This document shows positions 26,971 through 37,388 of a stretch of DNA of 60,342 nucleotides, piece after piece. The position numbers and the translations under genes are program-made. Positions within the stretch are counted from its first letter, which is position 1. Every line of letters begins with the position of its first letter. The notes under the pieces were generated by a model. The model searched no databases. It was not told the origin of the DNA and saw nothing but the letters and a program-made list of their open reading frames with translations. The stretch spans positions 1 to 60,342 of the forward strand of contig JBJXGL010000207.1 of the NCBI GenBank assembly GCA_046160365.1, written 5' to 3'. The DNA is from Aestuariivirga sp. (GTDB lineage Bacteria; Pseudomonadota; Alphaproteobacteria; Rhizobiales; Aestuariivirgaceae).

Positions 26971-28512
26971 CTATCGATCTTGGCCTTCGTCGACGAAGCG
27001 TGCGAGGGCAAACACGGCATCGATAAATTTCTGGCTGCTGATCCAACCTTCGTCGACCCAGCGCCCCTCGGGTTCTTGCGTCGCGACGAGGCCGGCCACG
27101 CGTTCCCCGAGCGTTTCCCGTGACCACCGGTCGGCGGCGTTCTCCCAATAGCGCGACGTCACCGCCGGTTGGCCCTTAAGCCGCCGCTCGGCGAGATCGA
27201 TCACCATCGGAATTTCGAACGTGCTCTTCAAATTGTAATGGCCGAGCAGGTCGCCGCTCGAATAGGTGGCCTCATTTTCCGAGTTCACATAGAGTGGCTT
27301 GTCGGTCGCGAGTTCGTAGAACCTCGCCCAGTCGCCATCCTCCAACCGGACCGACTTGAGCCACTCCACGGCCTCGCGGACGGATTGGAGATAACGGCTG
27401 TCACCGGATGTTTGGTGCAGCAACAAGAGAGCCTGGATCGACCCGGCGGTTTCGCGAGATGCGGCGGCGGGCGGTTCGAAAACGCGCCCCCAGACCGGTT
27501 GCATGTTCTTGTCATAGGTTTGCGCCCAGCCACGCTGCGGCGCAGGAAGCTGGGCGGCCAGCAGAAATTCGCCAGCGGCTTTGGCCGACTTGACGCACTG
27601 GCCGCAGTCATAGACGCGGCCGGCATAGAGCAACAGCCGTATGACATCGCGCAACAGGTCATCGTTGAGAACAAAATAGGGCAGCGACGCCGGCTTGACC
27701 CATTCTCTCGGCCAACCGCCTTCCGGCAAGTTTGCTTGGCGCAATGGAGCGCCTCCGTCATCGTCGTCGCGCCAATCCGAGAACACCGGAAATGCGCCGT
27801 TTTGATACTGCAGGCGCATCAGGCGCTTCATGCCGTAGTTGATGGCCCTGCGGACTTCCGGATCTGACGCGCCCGACAATTGGTCGTACCAGATCAGGAA
27901 CCCAAGGGCCGCTTGCGTGGTATTGTCGTCAAGCACCGAGCGGTTCTTGAATTCGTTGGCGGCGATCTCCTTGCAGGCGTTTTTTGCGTTGCCGGCGTAA
28001 CACCAGTCTTTCCGCCTGTCTTCGCCCAGCACCGCACTGTAATACCAGCCGCCCGACTGCAGTTGAACCAGCATCAGCGCCCGGGCCACCCCATGCGCCG
28101 CCTCAAGATAAGGCTTTTCACCTGTCGCCTCGAAAGCTCTCAGGAAAGCCGCGCCAATGGCCGGAGTCCCGGGAGGTTGTATCCAGCTCGTCTGGGCGTC
28201 GACGACTCCACTCTCGCCCCGGCGCTCGGCCAAGTCGGCCGAGTAGGCCCAAACATAGGTGTTCTGTACCGCAACCTGGTTATGGAAATAGGTAACCGCG
28301 CGCGACAGGGCCTTCAGGGCCGCATCTCGCGTCGCGCCTTGGGACCAGGCCTGGCCTGCCCAGACGAACATGCCGACCAACGCCGCGGCGAGGAACGGTA
28401 CGCATGTCCCGACGATCGCGATGCGGCAGGATACCCTCCTTTCCGGACGCATCGCAGTAAACTCGCCGCGCCTCGGGCTACCCGGAGTGTTATCCAGTCC
28501 GGCGTTGGTCAT
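26971..28512 (-). CDS. Secreted polysaccharide lyase-like protein (PL10/PelA-like alpha/alpha toroid)
   Basis: Hydrophobic signal region; LDDNTT, QYQNGAFP, GWAQTYD, WGRVFEPPAAASRET, WARFYE motifs; start uncertain. Confidence 0.75.
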   Translation of the reverse strand: MTNAGLDNTPGSPRRGEFTAMRPERRVSCRIAIVGTCVPFLAAALVGMFVWAGQAWSQGATRDAALKALSRAVTYFHNQVAVQNTYVWAYSADLAERRGESGVVDAQTSWIQPPGTPAIGAAFLRAFEATGEKPYLEAAHGVARALMLVQLQSGGWYYSAVLGEDRRKDWCYAGNAKNACKEIAANEFKNRSVLDDNTTQAALGFLIWYDQLSGASDPEVRRAINYGMKRLMRLQYQNGAFPVFSDWRDDDDGGAPLRQANLPEGGWPREWVKPASLPYFVLNDDLLRDVIRLLLYAGRVYDCGQCVKSAKAAGEFLLAAQLPAPQRGWAQTYDKNMQPVWGRVFEPPAAASRETAGSIQALLLLHQTSGDSRYLQSVREAVEWLKSVRLEDGDWARFYELATDKPLYVNSENEATYSSGDLLGHYNLKSTFEIPMVIDLAERRLKGQPAVTSRYWENAADRWSRETLGERVAGLVATQEPEGRWVDEGWISSQKFIDAVFALARFVDEGQDR

Positions 28513-28531
28513 GCAAGAATCCGGATTGCTC

Positions 28532-30700
28532 CTACTCTCTGGCTATTTGCGGCCGAACTTCCGCGGTAAACTGCGGGAGTGGCATTGCGACGTGAGCGAA
28601 GGTAGGCGCCGGCGGCTTCTGCCGCACGTAGGACGGCGCAATCACCGACACCGCGTCAAAAACTGCATCCAGGTCGCCGGCCTCGCTCGCGTTCTCGATC
28701 TTCCCGAACGCGGCCCGCAATTCGACGAGCGCAACCGGCGCCGGCACTGCGCCGAATACGCCCGGAACCGGCGATTCAACGCGCCTTTCCTGCCTGTCGA
28801 ACAATTCCTCATAGAGTTTCTCGCCGGGCCTGCAACCGACAATCTCGATCTTGATGTCGTCTTCCGGCGTGTATCCGGCAAGCCTGATCATGCGGCGTGC
28901 GACGTCGATGATCTTCACCGGCGCGCCCATGTCGAGAACGAATATTTCGCCGATACCCAACTTCTTTTGCAGGCCGCCGGCGGAGGCCTGCAGCGTCAAT
29001 TCCACGGCTTCGCGAATTGTCATGAAGAACCGCGTCATATTTGGGTCGGTGACGGTCAGCGGCCCTCCCCTGGCAATTTGCCGCTGGAACAACGGAACAA
29101 GCGACCCGCTCGAACCCAAGACGTTGCCGAAGCGCACCGTCATGAATCGCGAATTGCCGGAGCTTTCCAGATCGAGAGCCTGGCAGTAAAGCTCGGCCAA
29201 TCGCTTGGTCAATCCCATGACGCTGGCCGGATTGACGACCTTGTCGGTGGAAATCTGGACCATGGCCAGGACGCCATGACGACTGGCGGCTTCTGCGATG
29301 TTTCTGGTGCCGATCACATTCGTCAGAAAGCCCTCGGACGGATTGATCTCGACCATTGGAACGTGCTTGAGCGCCGCGGCATGAAAGACGAGTTCCGGCT
29401 TGTTAGCGCCGAAAATCTCCTCGACGCGCGCTGCTTCGCGGATGTTGCAGAGATAAAGGCGGCGCGGCGTCTTCGGGAATTTCTCGGAGAGATCGAGGTC
29501 GACGGCGTAAAGATTATACTCCGTGCTTTCGATCAGAACGAGCTCGGCCGGCTTCAGCGCCGCGATTTGCAGGCACAATTCGCTGCCGATCGATCCGCCG
29601 GCGCCGGTGACGAGCACGCGCCGTCCCGCGATCAGCTTGGCGATCGATGTCCGGTCGAGAGCAGTCTGCGGCCTTTCGAGAAGGTCCGTGAGCTCGATGG
29701 GGCGGACCTCGAACTGGTCCACGTTGCGCGTGTGCCGAAGCTCGGTCGGAGCGGGAAGCCGCGACACGGCGATGCCGAGCTGGTCGGCCTTAGCGACAAT
29801 GCTTTCCACTTCGTGGCCCGGAAACATGGACAGCGGCTTGGCGAAAATGACATGACGCGGGCGGCGATTGCGGCGTTCAAGCCCGGTCATGACCCGTTCG
29901 AAATCCGACAGCGTGCCGAGCACCGGCACGCCGCGGATCAGCATCTCCTGATGATCTTTCGAATCGTCGAGCACACCGACGGGCTTATAGCGGGACGACT
30001 TGTCGTTTTGCAGAGCGCGCAGATAACTGTCGGTATCGCTGCCAGCGCCGACAATAAGGACCGGCAGCATGTCGCGCCCCGGCTGGCCGAAGAGCTTGCC
30101 GGTCGATGGACTTAGCTCCCAAAGCTTGGACTTGAGCCGAACGGCCGTCATCAACGGCACCAGAATGAAAAACTCGATGGCGATGACCGAGCGCGGAATC
30201 ATGGCGAGCCGTGTGAAGATGAACATCACGCTGACGAAGATGATCGACGAAAGCAAGGTTGCCCAAACCACGACCTTCAAATCACCGATGGAAACATAGC
30301 GCCAGTTGCGGGTGTAGAGGCCGGTCAACGGAAACACGACGGCGCAAATGACCATGAACAGCGGCACGGCCATCAAGATCTTGGAATAGGCGATGACCGG
30401 GGAAAACGGCGCGTCGACGCCAAATCTGAAAATGCCAGCCACAAGCAATGCCAATCCGGCAAGCACGATGTCGGTCACATACAGAAGCCAATGTCGATAG
30501 GGTGCCTTCGCCTTCGCTTTGAGGGCAGCGGCGAGTCCGCCCATCGGCGAGTGCGAGCGTGCTACGTCATCGAGTAGGAGTTTGAGTCTCGTGAAGCTTC
30601 CGAATGATTGCATGCTACTTTGGGTAGCACCACCAGCTGTGTCTTGAGTCCCCTCGGCAATACGAGGCCGTAAATCGTTACCCATGGCGCACACCGTCAA
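28532..30700 (-). CDS. Membrane-bound NDP-sugar 4,6-dehydratase (PglF/CapD/WbpM-like)
   Basis: Four N-terminal TMs, VTGAGGSIGSEL, HAAALKHVP, STDK, RFGNVLGSSGS, RPGEKLYEEL; start uncertain. Confidence 0.94.
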   Translation of the reverse strand: MTVCAMGNDLRPRIAEGTQDTAGGATQSSMQSFGSFTRLKLLLDDVARSHSPMGGLAAALKAKAKAPYRHWLLYVTDIVLAGLALLVAGIFRFGVDAPFSPVIAYSKILMAVPLFMVICAVVFPLTGLYTRNWRYVSIGDLKVVVWATLLSSIIFVSVMFIFTRLAMIPRSVIAIEFFILVPLMTAVRLKSKLWELSPSTGKLFGQPGRDMLPVLIVGAGSDTDSYLRALQNDKSSRYKPVGVLDDSKDHQEMLIRGVPVLGTLSDFERVMTGLERRNRRPRHVIFAKPLSMFPGHEVESIVAKADQLGIAVSRLPAPTELRHTRNVDQFEVRPIELTDLLERPQTALDRTSIAKLIAGRRVLVTGAGGSIGSELCLQIAALKPAELVLIESTEYNLYAVDLDLSEKFPKTPRRLYLCNIREAARVEEIFGANKPELVFHAAALKHVPMVEINPSEGFLTNVIGTRNIAEAASRHGVLAMVQISTDKVVNPASVMGLTKRLAELYCQALDLESSGNSRFMTVRFGNVLGSSGSLVPLFQRQIARGGPLTVTDPNMTRFFMTIREAVELTLQASAGGLQKKLGIGEIFVLDMGAPVKIIDVARRMIRLAGYTPEDDIKIEIVGCRPGEKLYEELFDRQERRVESPVPGVFGAVPAPVALVELRAAFGKIENASEAGDLDAVFDAVSVIAPSYVRQKPPAPTFAHVAMPLPQFTAEVRPQIARE

Positions 30701-30760
30701 TCTGCCTTGGCTGGCGCCAAGGACCCGATTCCACTTCTTTCGCCCGACCTCTCAAGCCCA

Positions 30761-30775
30761 TTAATGCGCGATTAA
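30761..30775. promoter_or_regulatory. CtrA-binding box
   Basis: TTAA-TGCGCGA-TTAA (TTAA-N7-TTAA) in the intergenic region upstream of the PglF-like gene. Confidence 0.6.
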
Positions 30776-30942
30776 TCGGGATAGTCAAATTTTATCAAAC
30801 CAACTTGGTTAAAGTGGTGGTCTGATCCCTAACGTTGTAAGAGGGGTATCAAGACTGTCTGTGATGTGCATCACACTTTTGTGACAGTCCACCGGCAATT
30901 CTATAACCGTGGTACCGCAGGTGGGGTAGGGCGTGGGCGGCG

Positions 30943-31773
30943 CTACCAGCCTGGCAGATTCTTGCCAATGAGACGCTGCACCGATTCAACTTCGCCCGCG
31001 AAATGCTCCGACATGCGCTCCCTGAGATCCGGCGTTAGCGCAGGGTACTGGATTTCGCGCGCAACCATGCTGCGGAGCCTGCCGAATGCCTCGGTTTTCC
31101 TGACCGGCGCGACAAGGGGTTTCACCCAACCGAAATAGCGCCGCAGTTCGGGACTGACCATTGGAACCGTTTTGTCTTTCACCTTTTCCCGGGTGGCGTG
31201 GACCGCTGCACCGGCGCCATCGAGGCCCAGAAAAGCTCTTAGTTCGGCAAGTTGGCCAATGGGGTCTGCCTTCACGTTTTCGAACGACAGGACCAGCAGC
31301 CGGTCCCGGCCGTAGAGTTCAAGATAGACTTCGAGTTGCTGGCTGTATTTCCCCCCCGCCAAGAAGCGCCCGCCGGCGGCGGCCCTCGGATCGAGGTAGC
31401 TTGCGATATTGCGGCCAACTTCGCCCCGGCGGTACAGCATGCAGTAGTCCGAATACGCCCGTTCGACGGGGTTTCGCAGCTGCGCCACGAGTTTGATGTG
31501 CGGCAGCGACTTGTGGACGCGGGCTCCAGCGCCTTGGGTATCGAGGTAGGAGTTCGATTTTTCTCCCGCCAACTGCCCGACTGCCTTGGCGCCAAACTGC
31601 GCCAGGTACCAGGCGTCGCCGCGATGATACTCGCGGCTAAAATAATGCAGCTCGGGATCGGGCATCAAGACATTTGGGTCGGCCTGAAGCGACTGCTGTA
31701 GCCAAGTCGTGGCACTCTTGGCAGCACCAATTATCAGGAAGTCAATGTCCTGCATTTTCATGTGACGATCCAC
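30943..31773 (-). CDS. PAPS-dependent sulfotransferase (Sulfotransfer_1, heparan-sulfotransferase-like subtype)
   Basis: 5'-PSB motif DFLIIGAAKSATTWL, ELHYF, 3'-PB motif LRNPVERAYS. Confidence 0.92.
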   Translation of the reverse strand: MDRHMKMQDIDFLIIGAAKSATTWLQQSLQADPNVLMPDPELHYFSREYHRGDAWYLAQFGAKAVGQLAGEKSNSYLDTQGAGARVHKSLPHIKLVAQLRNPVERAYSDYCMLYRRGEVGRNIASYLDPRAAAGGRFLAGGKYSQQLEVYLELYGRDRLLVLSFENVKADPIGQLAELRAFLGLDGAGAAVHATREKVKDKTVPMVSPELRRYFGWVKPLVAPVRKTEAFGRLRSMVAREIQYPALTPDLRERMSEHFAGEVESVQRLIGKNLPGW

Positions 31774-31833
31774 CGATGGCTGGGACTTTTACCTGTCCGC
31801 GGTGGCCAGGGAAGCAGGAACTTGCCGGTTATT

Positions 31834-33003
31834 CTATCGCCGCATCAAACTATCGTAAATTTGAACGATACTGTTCACGTGGGCTTCGACGCTGAATCGA
31901 GAAAGAACATCGCTGCGGGCGTCGGAACTAATCCTCTCCCACAATTTCCGATCCGTCAGCAGCGCGTGGATCGGCTGGACAAATGCTTCCGGATTTTCCG
32001 GCGCCACGAGGAAGCCGGTTTTGCCGTCCGAGATCGCTTCGGGATTACCGCCATGATCGGTTGCAATTACGGGTGTGCCAAGCATCATCGCCTCGATCAA
32101 TGTCCGGCCAAAGGGTTCGCTAACCGCCGGAACAAGTTTGACATCCACCCCCGCCATGTACCGGTCGATGGGCCGCCGGAACCCCATGAGCTTGATGCTT
32201 TCGGATATGCCAAGCTCCGCGGCCCGGCCCATCACCGCCAGCTCCAAATTTGGACCGCCAGGCGCGGACTCGCCGAACAGCAACCCCATGATGCCGATAT
32301 CCGGGTGCCGCTTCTTGAAGGCCGCGACGATGTCGACAAATCCGACAGGACGCTTGCGATCGATCAAGCCGCCGAAGTAACCGGCGAAACGGGTGTCCGG
32401 CGGGCAACCCAGCTCGCTCAGCAACGCGGCGCGCGATTTCGCCCGGTCGGGAAAGACTACGGGGTGTTCGAACGGGCTATATACAACGCTCAGCCTCCCG
32501 GCCACCGGGACGATCGGCCTTCCCGGTCGGGAAAAATTCGAAACGGTGACGATATGGTTCGCCAAGAGCGGCGCCAGAAAATTCACGCCCCTCGCGTCGG
32601 GATCGGCGCGGTGATGCCAGACGAGCTTGGCGCCGGCCAGCCGCGCCGGAAGCCCCCAGGTCGAATGGATCTGGCCATCGTTCGTGTGCACGATGTCGAT
32701 CGCGTGAACCCGGAGAAACCGGCGCAACCGCGGCACCGTCGCGAAAGCATACGCCCCCCAGCTCGCGCGGCGCGCGCCGCGGCGGGCGGGCGGCGACAAC
32801 GTGGCGACCTTTGGCGCGGCGACGAAATCCATTGCTTCGCCGCGGATGAAATCGGCCAGCACGCCATCGCCGTCGTGCAGCGCAATCACCGGTTCAACGA
32901 CGTCCCGGTCGAGTTGCCGAACCAGCTTGAGAGCCGAGATATGGCTTCCGCCAACTTCGTCACCCATGAAGGGAAAGCAGACTCTAATCGGGCGCCGCGT
33001 CAT
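31834..33003 (-). CDS. GT4 glycosyltransferase
   Basis: GGSHIS, DIVHTN, EPFGRTLIEAM, GGNPE motifs. Confidence 0.92.
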   Translation of the reverse strand: MTRRPIRVCFPFMGDEVGGSHISALKLVRQLDRDVVEPVIALHDGDGVLADFIRGEAMDFVAAPKVATLSPPARRGARRASWGAYAFATVPRLRRFLRVHAIDIVHTNDGQIHSTWGLPARLAGAKLVWHHRADPDARGVNFLAPLLANHIVTVSNFSRPGRPIVPVAGRLSVVYSPFEHPVVFPDRAKSRAALLSELGCPPDTRFAGYFGGLIDRKRPVGFVDIVAAFKKRHPDIGIMGLLFGESAPGGPNLELAVMGRAAELGISESIKLMGFRRPIDRYMAGVDVKLVPAVSEPFGRTLIEAMMLGTPVIATDHGGNPEAISDGKTGFLVAPENPEAFVQPIHALLTDRKLWERISSDARSDVLSRFSVEAHVNSIVQIYDSLMRR

Positions 33004-33324
33004 TGATGCAGTGTTTACGAGGCTTCGCCAATGTTCAAGCGAATTCGCGGACCGTTTTCACGGCGTCGGCCATTCGCCGGATCCTCGCCAACCGCCCGTC
33101 CAATTGTCGCCATACTTCTTTCCCAAACGCGCCAGTGGTGAATTCGGTTCTCGCGACTCGGACTGCGGCGAGTTGCGGACGATAGAATCAAGTCACCGGA
33201 TTTTTGGGGTCAACTGTTAACCAATGGGTCATATCTTCGCCGGGGCGCGCTTGGCGAGTTCGAATGGATGAGGCATGCGCAATTTGGCGATGCTGAAACT
33301 TGCTAAGTAGAGGGGTCTTTTTGC

Positions 33325-35004
33325 ATGAGCGAAGATTTGCGTAGCGGCATGCGCCGCACGTTGTGGTCGGCCATTTGCGCCGTTCTCCTTCTTGCCGTTG
33401 GTTTTTCCGGTGCTGGGCATGCCGCTACCTACAGGGCGTATGTCGATCCCACCAACGGCGATGTGCCGGAGCCGCGAGAAGAGCGGATCGACACCGACCG
33501 GACTCGCAAGCACGCGTTTCCCTCGGCGCGGGGCTACGGCCGGTTCGCGGACCCCGGGATCGGGCCGCGCGAAACGTTCAAGATTTACAAGATCACGCAT
33601 CTCGGCGACTCCGGCGCCGGCTCGTTCAGGGACTGCTACATGGCGACGGTGCCGCGCGTGTGCATCTTCACGGTCAGCGGAACGATCACCGTGCAAAGCG
33701 ACATGCTGGCGCGGGCACCGCAGAGCAGAATGTACATCGCCGGCCAGACGAGTCCCGGCGGCATCCAATTGAAGGTCGGCCCATCGAACTCTTCGGGCCC
33801 GCTGCGCAGCGTCACGACCTCCGACTTCATCATGCGCTTTATCCGCCTGCGGCCCGGGACCGGGCATCAGGTCAGCACCAACGTTCAGGGAGCCGCCGTG
33901 GCCGGCAACCTCGACTGGTCGGCGCACGACGTCATCTTAGACCACGTCAGCCAGCAATGGGCGACTGACGAAGGCTTCGCGATGATCGGGCTCGACAACG
34001 CCACCTTGCAATGGTCGCTGCAATCGGAACCGATCGCGTGCGGCTCATGCCGCGACGACCACAACAGCTCCCACGACTACGGCAGCTTCCTGATCTCCAA
34101 CAATCGTTTCACTATGTACAAGAACGTGCTGATGGGCGGGCGCCTCCGCAACCCCAACATCGCGGCGAACTCGCTCGATATGATCAACAACGTGGTCTAC
34201 AACTACGGCGAATACGCCGCGCAGATGTACGTCAACGTCAAGGTGAGCGTCGTCGCCAACATTCTCTCGAACTGGTTCTCGCGCGGCCCGCGCACCGGGA
34301 CGATGAGCGAAACCGGACGCCGCCCCCACTGCCTGTTCGCGGCCTTCGAAGGCGCGCCGGCGCCCGGATTGGGCTTCGAGTTCTATCTCAACGGCAATGT
34401 CTGCCCCGACGACCTGACCGGCGCCAACAATCTGAAAACCGTGGGCGGCAGCCTGACAAGCCCGATCCTCTATCAGAAAGGCACGCTGCTGAGACCGAGC
34501 GGCGCGCCGGGCGTACTGTTCAGCAGCCCGAGGCATGGCGGGATTTCCGTGCGGCCCTACGACATCGTGAGCGCCCAGCAAGCCGTCGCCGACGTCCTGG
34601 CGTACGCGGGCGCCATGCGCAACATGCACAGAACTCCCAACCGCGACGCGGTCGATAGCCGGTCGATCAATCAGTTGACGAATTGCGACGACCGCAGCTA
34701 TGTGCCGCAGCCCGTCCAGCTCGTCGCGGTTCCGTCCACCGGCTATCCGCAACTCGAAACGGGCGGGACCTGGAGCTGGGCCGGCGACGACACCGACAAC
34801 GACGGCATGCTCGATAGCTGGGAGCGCAGCCATCCCGCCATCACCAGCCTCAGCCAGCTCAGGCCCAACGGCGACTTCGACAGTGACGGCTGGTCGGACC
34901 TCGAGGAGTTCCTGAACTATTTGGCCGGCGATGGCGTGCGCCGCAATAGAATCGGCAGACTGGCCAACGTGCCGGCGGCCTATTGCGGCTACCCCGTGCC
35001 CTGA
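33325..35004 (+). CDS. Secreted pectate-lyase-like (PL1-type beta-helix) protein
   Basis: Signal peptide, AFPSARGYG, DSGAGSFR, IAGQTSPG, VILDHVS.W..DE, RNP; C-terminal DxDxDG repeats. Confidence 0.85.
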   Translation: MSEDLRSGMRRTLWSAICAVLLLAVGFSGAGHAATYRAYVDPTNGDVPEPREERIDTDRTRKHAFPSARGYGRFADPGIGPRETFKIYKITHLGDSGAGSFRDCYMATVPRVCIFTVSGTITVQSDMLARAPQSRMYIAGQTSPGGIQLKVGPSNSSGPLRSVTTSDFIMRFIRLRPGTGHQVSTNVQGAAVAGNLDWSAHDVILDHVSQQWATDEGFAMIGLDNATLQWSLQSEPIACGSCRDDHNSSHDYGSFLISNNRFTMYKNVLMGGRLRNPNIAANSLDMINNVVYNYGEYAAQMYVNVKVSVVANILSNWFSRGPRTGTMSETGRRPHCLFAAFEGAPAPGLGFEFYLNGNVCPDDLTGANNLKTVGGSLTSPILYQKGTLLRPSGAPGVLFSSPRHGGISVRPYDIVSAQQAVADVLAYAGAMRNMHRTPNRDAVDSRSINQLTNCDDRSYVPQPVQLVAVPSTGYPQLETGGTWSWAGDDTDNDGMLDSWERSHPAITSLSQLRPNGDFDSDGWSDLEEFLNYLAGDGVRRNRIGRLANVPAAYCGYPVP

Positions 35005-35010
35005 GAACGC

Positions 35011-35054
35011 TCGTGGGGCATCGCTCGCGGCGACGCCCCACGACAAAATTTTTT
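35011..35054. terminator. Terminator-like hairpin between convergent genes
   Basis: TCGTGGGGCATCGC / GCGACGCCCCACGA stem followed by AAAATTTTTT. Confidence 0.65.
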
Positions 35055-35095
35055 GCCGCAGATCGTCAATCTAGCTCCGGAAATCCGGAGCGGCT

Positions 35096-35944
35096 CTAAC
35101 CAAAATCCGGCATTTGCAGAAGACTCTTCGCGGCGGGCGTGAGCGAACCGGCGCAGGCCGCGAGCATGGCCTCAACCTCTTGAGGCGACAGATAGTCGGA
35201 AAATCCGCCGACTTTGCCCTTTCGCATCCGCGAGCTTTCGCTGTCGCCGCGGTCATAGGTGTGCGCCGGCATGCCCTTGCTCAATTCCATTTCGCGCATG
35301 CTATCGAAGCGGGCGATCTCGATGGCGCGGCCGAGAACCGCCTCGTCGGCTTCACATCCGAGAAACCGGAGGATCTTCGTCATTTCGGCTTTCGTGCCGG
35401 CGCTCAACCGTTCATAGCTGACAACGATGTGACGATGCCGCGTCAGACCGCGCGCCCAACCGTTCACATGACGTGCATAGCTCGCGATGCCGAACTCAGG
35501 ATCGGCGAGGAAGTCCGGAATGCCGCCGGCAAAGCGATTCTTGTGCCTGGTCTGGTGGAAGTACGCCGACACCATTACGTCACGCGGGTCGCGCACCAGA
35601 TAAACGATGGGCCGGCGCCAAAAAAGAAACCGGCTGTAAGCGTCGTGCGTCACCGCCACGAGCGGCACGCGCGGCGCGGCGTTCGCGAAGCGGAAAGCCG
35701 GAATGCCGCGGACGGGGTCTGAATCGAAATTCGGCACCACGGTGAAGAGGCCGTGGAGGTCGACGCCTTCTTCCTTGCCGGCCGCCATGGCGAAGTAGTT
35801 CGCCAGGATGAAACGCAGCCACGTCCGCCCCGATTTCGGATAGGAGGCGAGAACGGCGTCCAACTTCACCGCGTTCGCGATGCCGCGCACACGGCGGCTG
35901 GCAGCTCGCAGGAGGCGGCGGGGAGTGCTCATATCTTGCCGCAA
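35096..35944 (-). CDS. PAPS-dependent sulfotransferase (Sulfotransfer_1, SULT-like subtype)
   Basis: LASYPKSGRTWL, VRDPRDVMVS, VSYE, MRKGKVGG motifs. Confidence 0.93.
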   Translation of the reverse strand: MRQDMSTPRRLLRAASRRVRGIANAVKLDAVLASYPKSGRTWLRFILANYFAMAAGKEEGVDLHGLFTVVPNFDSDPVRGIPAFRFANAAPRVPLVAVTHDAYSRFLFWRRPIVYLVRDPRDVMVSAYFHQTRHKNRFAGGIPDFLADPEFGIASYARHVNGWARGLTRHRHIVVSYERLSAGTKAEMTKILRFLGCEADEAVLGRAIEIARFDSMREMELSKGMPAHTYDRGDSESSRMRKGKVGGFSDYLSPQEVEAMLAACAGSLTPAAKSLLQMPDFG

Positions 35945-35951
35945 CTCCGTT

Positions 35952-37118
35952 TCACCTCATCTCAATGGCAGAATTGACGACATCGTTCCATAGCTCGATG
36001 ATACGTTCCGGATCGAAGCGCCGCGCCGAGGCCGAAGCCGCGGCGCCGAGGCGTTGACGCAGCGGGGCATCGCCCAACAGCGTAGCGAGCGCTTTGGCGA
36101 GCGCAGCCCCGTCGTCGCGGGGCACGAGCAAGCCATCCACGCCGTCTTCGATCATGTCACGAGGACCCCAGGGGCAATCGAACGAGACCACGGGCAGCCC
36201 CGCCGCCATCGCCTCGGTGAGTGCGTTGCCCCAACCTTCGAATCTAGATGACAGGACGAACGCATCGGCGGTTTCCATCCACAAGCCCGGTCTGGCGCTG
36301 AGCCCCGGCAACTCGACGCGGCGGCCAAGATCGAGGCGATCCCGAATTTTCTCGAGGTTCGCCCGCTCGGGGCCATCGCCCCAGATCACCAGCTTCCATT
36401 CGGGGAACGCGGGCGCAACTTCGGCGAAGGCCGACAGGAGAATATCGAAGCCCTTTTGCGGGACGAGCCGGCCCACGGCGGTCAAAACGCCGTTGCCGGG
36501 GCGGCGGGCCGGAACGTTTGGGTGAATCACCGGATTGGGAATGACCCAGCCGCGCTGGCGCAAGGTTTCGGGAATGAACTCCAAGGCCCCTTTGGTCATG
36601 GTGACCAGGCCGAAGGCCCGCGGGTAGGTGCGGGCGCGCAGCCAATTCCACCATATTCCGACGTCTTGAAGCTCGGGATTGTTGCGTTCTGAGACCACGA
36701 CGGGTACGTCCATTCCCGCCGTGGCGATGATCGTCTTGACATTGGTGCGCGTGAGAAAGCTCACGACGATGTCGGGCGACAACTGCCGCAAGGCCTTGCG
36801 CAGTGCGGCGATCCGCCGCGCGGTCGCCAACATCGCCTGCAGCGCCGGATAGGGGCTGGGAGGCAGGCCTAGCCGGCACACCGCGATCTTGGGGTGTAAT
36901 GCGTAGTACGGCGTTTCATTCGCGGGCGCGAAGGCAAAAATGCTCACATCCCAGCCGCGTTCCGCCCAACCGTTCGCGATAATGCTAACGACGCGTTCCG
37001 TTCCGCCCGCACCGAGCCCAGGCATGACAATCGCGCATCGCACCGGATCGCCTGACCGCCGGTGCTTCGCGCCTCGCGGCCGCCCGGTGGCGCTCGCGGC
37101 GCCTTGCGTGGCAGTCAT
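35952..37118 (-). CDS. GT4 glycosyltransferase (AmsD/PglH-like)
   Basis: GGTERV, SERNNP, GRLVPQKGFD, SSRFEGWGNALTEAM; paralogous to 25844-26944. Confidence 0.94.
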   Translation of the reverse strand: MTATQGAASATGRPRGAKHRRSGDPVRCAIVMPGLGAGGTERVVSIIANGWAERGWDVSIFAFAPANETPYYALHPKIAVCRLGLPPSPYPALQAMLATARRIAALRKALRQLSPDIVVSFLTRTNVKTIIATAGMDVPVVVSERNNPELQDVGIWWNWLRARTYPRAFGLVTMTKGALEFIPETLRQRGWVIPNPVIHPNVPARRPGNGVLTAVGRLVPQKGFDILLSAFAEVAPAFPEWKLVIWGDGPERANLEKIRDRLDLGRRVELPGLSARPGLWMETADAFVLSSRFEGWGNALTEAMAAGLPVVSFDCPWGPRDMIEDGVDGLLVPRDDGAALAKALATLLGDAPLRQRLGAAASASARRFDPERIIELWNDVVNSAIEMR

Positions 37119-37388
37119 GACACAACGCTCCGGATTGGAGTCAATCGGGACGATGGGGGATCGAGCGGGCCGGGCAACTCAATGCATCCGACCCCATGCC
37201 GGCGGTGTATCGACACGACCCTAAATTAACCCCCCAGCCAATGCTCCATTGATAATGGAGCAGTATGCTGCCATGACCTGCTCGGACTACCGAGTGATTA
37301 CAATTATCAGTATTAACGCCGATTTGAAAGCGCTGACTTCGCGCGAGGCTCGATTGCCAGCCGGGAAGGCCTTCGATAGAAAACAGGC

